Assembly: GCA_964477375.1 (NCBI GenBank)
Contig: CAYZFH010000001.1
Coordinates: forward strand, 3,367-50,437
DNA: 47,071 nucleotides
From: an uncultured Rhizobiaceae bacterium
GTDB lineage: Bacteria; Pseudomonadota; Alphaproteobacteria; CADEGL01
Direction: 5' to 3'
This document shows, one piece after another, positions 46,611 to 47,071 of the stretch; the stretch's first letter is position 1, and each line of letters starts with the position of its first letter. Below the pieces are notes generated by a model. It saw only the letters and a list, made by a program, of their open reading frames with translations, was not told the origin of the DNA and made no database searches. The translations under genes were made by a program, and so were the position numbers.

Positions 46611-47071
46611 GTGATCAGACAGGTTTTTGCTGTCGCTGCGTTCGTGACCGCAACGGCCCTCGGCGCAGGTGTCGCCTTGGCGGAGTATCAGACCTCTTCC
46701 GCGCCGGTCTCCTCCTCTGTCGTCCTGCAATTTGCCGGCCCCAACACGTCAAACACCGTGTCGAATGGCTTCAAAACGAATTTCATAAACGACCTCGCAA
46801 AGGCCAGCGGCATGAATCCGGACCGGATTCAAATCACGCCGATGCAAAGCGGCGAGGCTCCCAACGGCAAACGGATGGGCGGCGGCTTCGCCAACAACGG
46901 CACGGGCGCCTCGGCGGGTACCGGCGAAAACCGCCTGGGCCTGTGGTCCAACTTCTCGGGCTCGGGTTTCTCGGAGAACCAGTCGGCGATCGCGTCCAGC
47001 GGTCAGGTCTATACCTTCGCGGTCGGCGCGGATTACCGCATCAACGATTGGGTGCTGGCGGGCCTGTCGGC
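46611..47071 (+). CDS. Autotransporter-like outer-membrane protein, 5' part (3'-truncated by window edge)
   Basis: GTG 46611 with AGGAGA RBS at 46600-46605. Signal peptide VIRQVFAVAAFVTATALGAGVALA. The frame is open to the window end. ...NRLGLWSNFSGSGFSENQ...YTFAVGADYRINDWVLAGLS resembles the start of an autotransporter beta-barrel domain. Confidence 0.55.
   Translation, partial: MIRQVFAVAAFVTATALGAGVALAEYQTSSAPVSSSVVLQFAGPNTSNTVSNGFKTNFINDLAKASGMNPDRIQITPMQSGEAPNGKRMGGGFANNGTGASAGTGENRLGLWSNFSGSGFSENQSAIASSGQVYTFAVGADYRINDWVLAGLS

Overview
GC-rich (about two-thirds G+C by eye), densely coding chromosomal segment. It looks alphaproteobacterial, based on GGAAC-type general-stress promoters, ndvC/exoD and a FixLJ-like pair. 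I call 41 protein-coding genes (two cut by the window edges), a few hairpin terminators and several candidate regulatory sites. I found no rRNA, tRNA, CRISPR array, transposase, integrase or phage genes. The many long ORFs antisense to these genes are high-GC shadow ORFs. Gene order: csbD; a two-gene phosphonate operon (PepM-nucleotidyltransferase fusion + phosphonopyruvate decarboxylase) divergent from an adenylating ligase + Kal-like hotdog protein; an FAD oxidoreductase + unknown protein; DUF423; a TetR-controlled PhyH/BKACE/MFS/creatininase-family/secreted-protein operon; tandem Usp; a FixJ-like regulator with a membrane PAS kinase; a DHA2 MFS pump; a REC-PAS-PAS kinase followed by an RpfC-type hybrid kinase, convergent with an RpfF-type DSF synthase; GMC oxidoreductase; ndvC-like/exoD; DgcN/DgcA-like D-Glu module; a roughly 11-kb LysR-controlled oxidative catabolic island with two paralogous GlpD-like flavoproteins, TauD, HpaB-like and NodB-fold enzymes; an orphan RTX protein; katE; and the start of an autotransporter-like protein. 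The two best candidates for something undescribed are (1) the DSF-type signalling locus in which the RpfG (HD-GYP) slot holds a second sensor kinase, and (2) the minimal PepM-NTase/Ppd phosphonate operon, which lacks any downstream tailoring enzyme and is paired head-to-head with an acyl-adenylate ligase and an ammonia-lyase-like hotdog protein. All family assignments come from motif reading and remembered homologues, not from searches.
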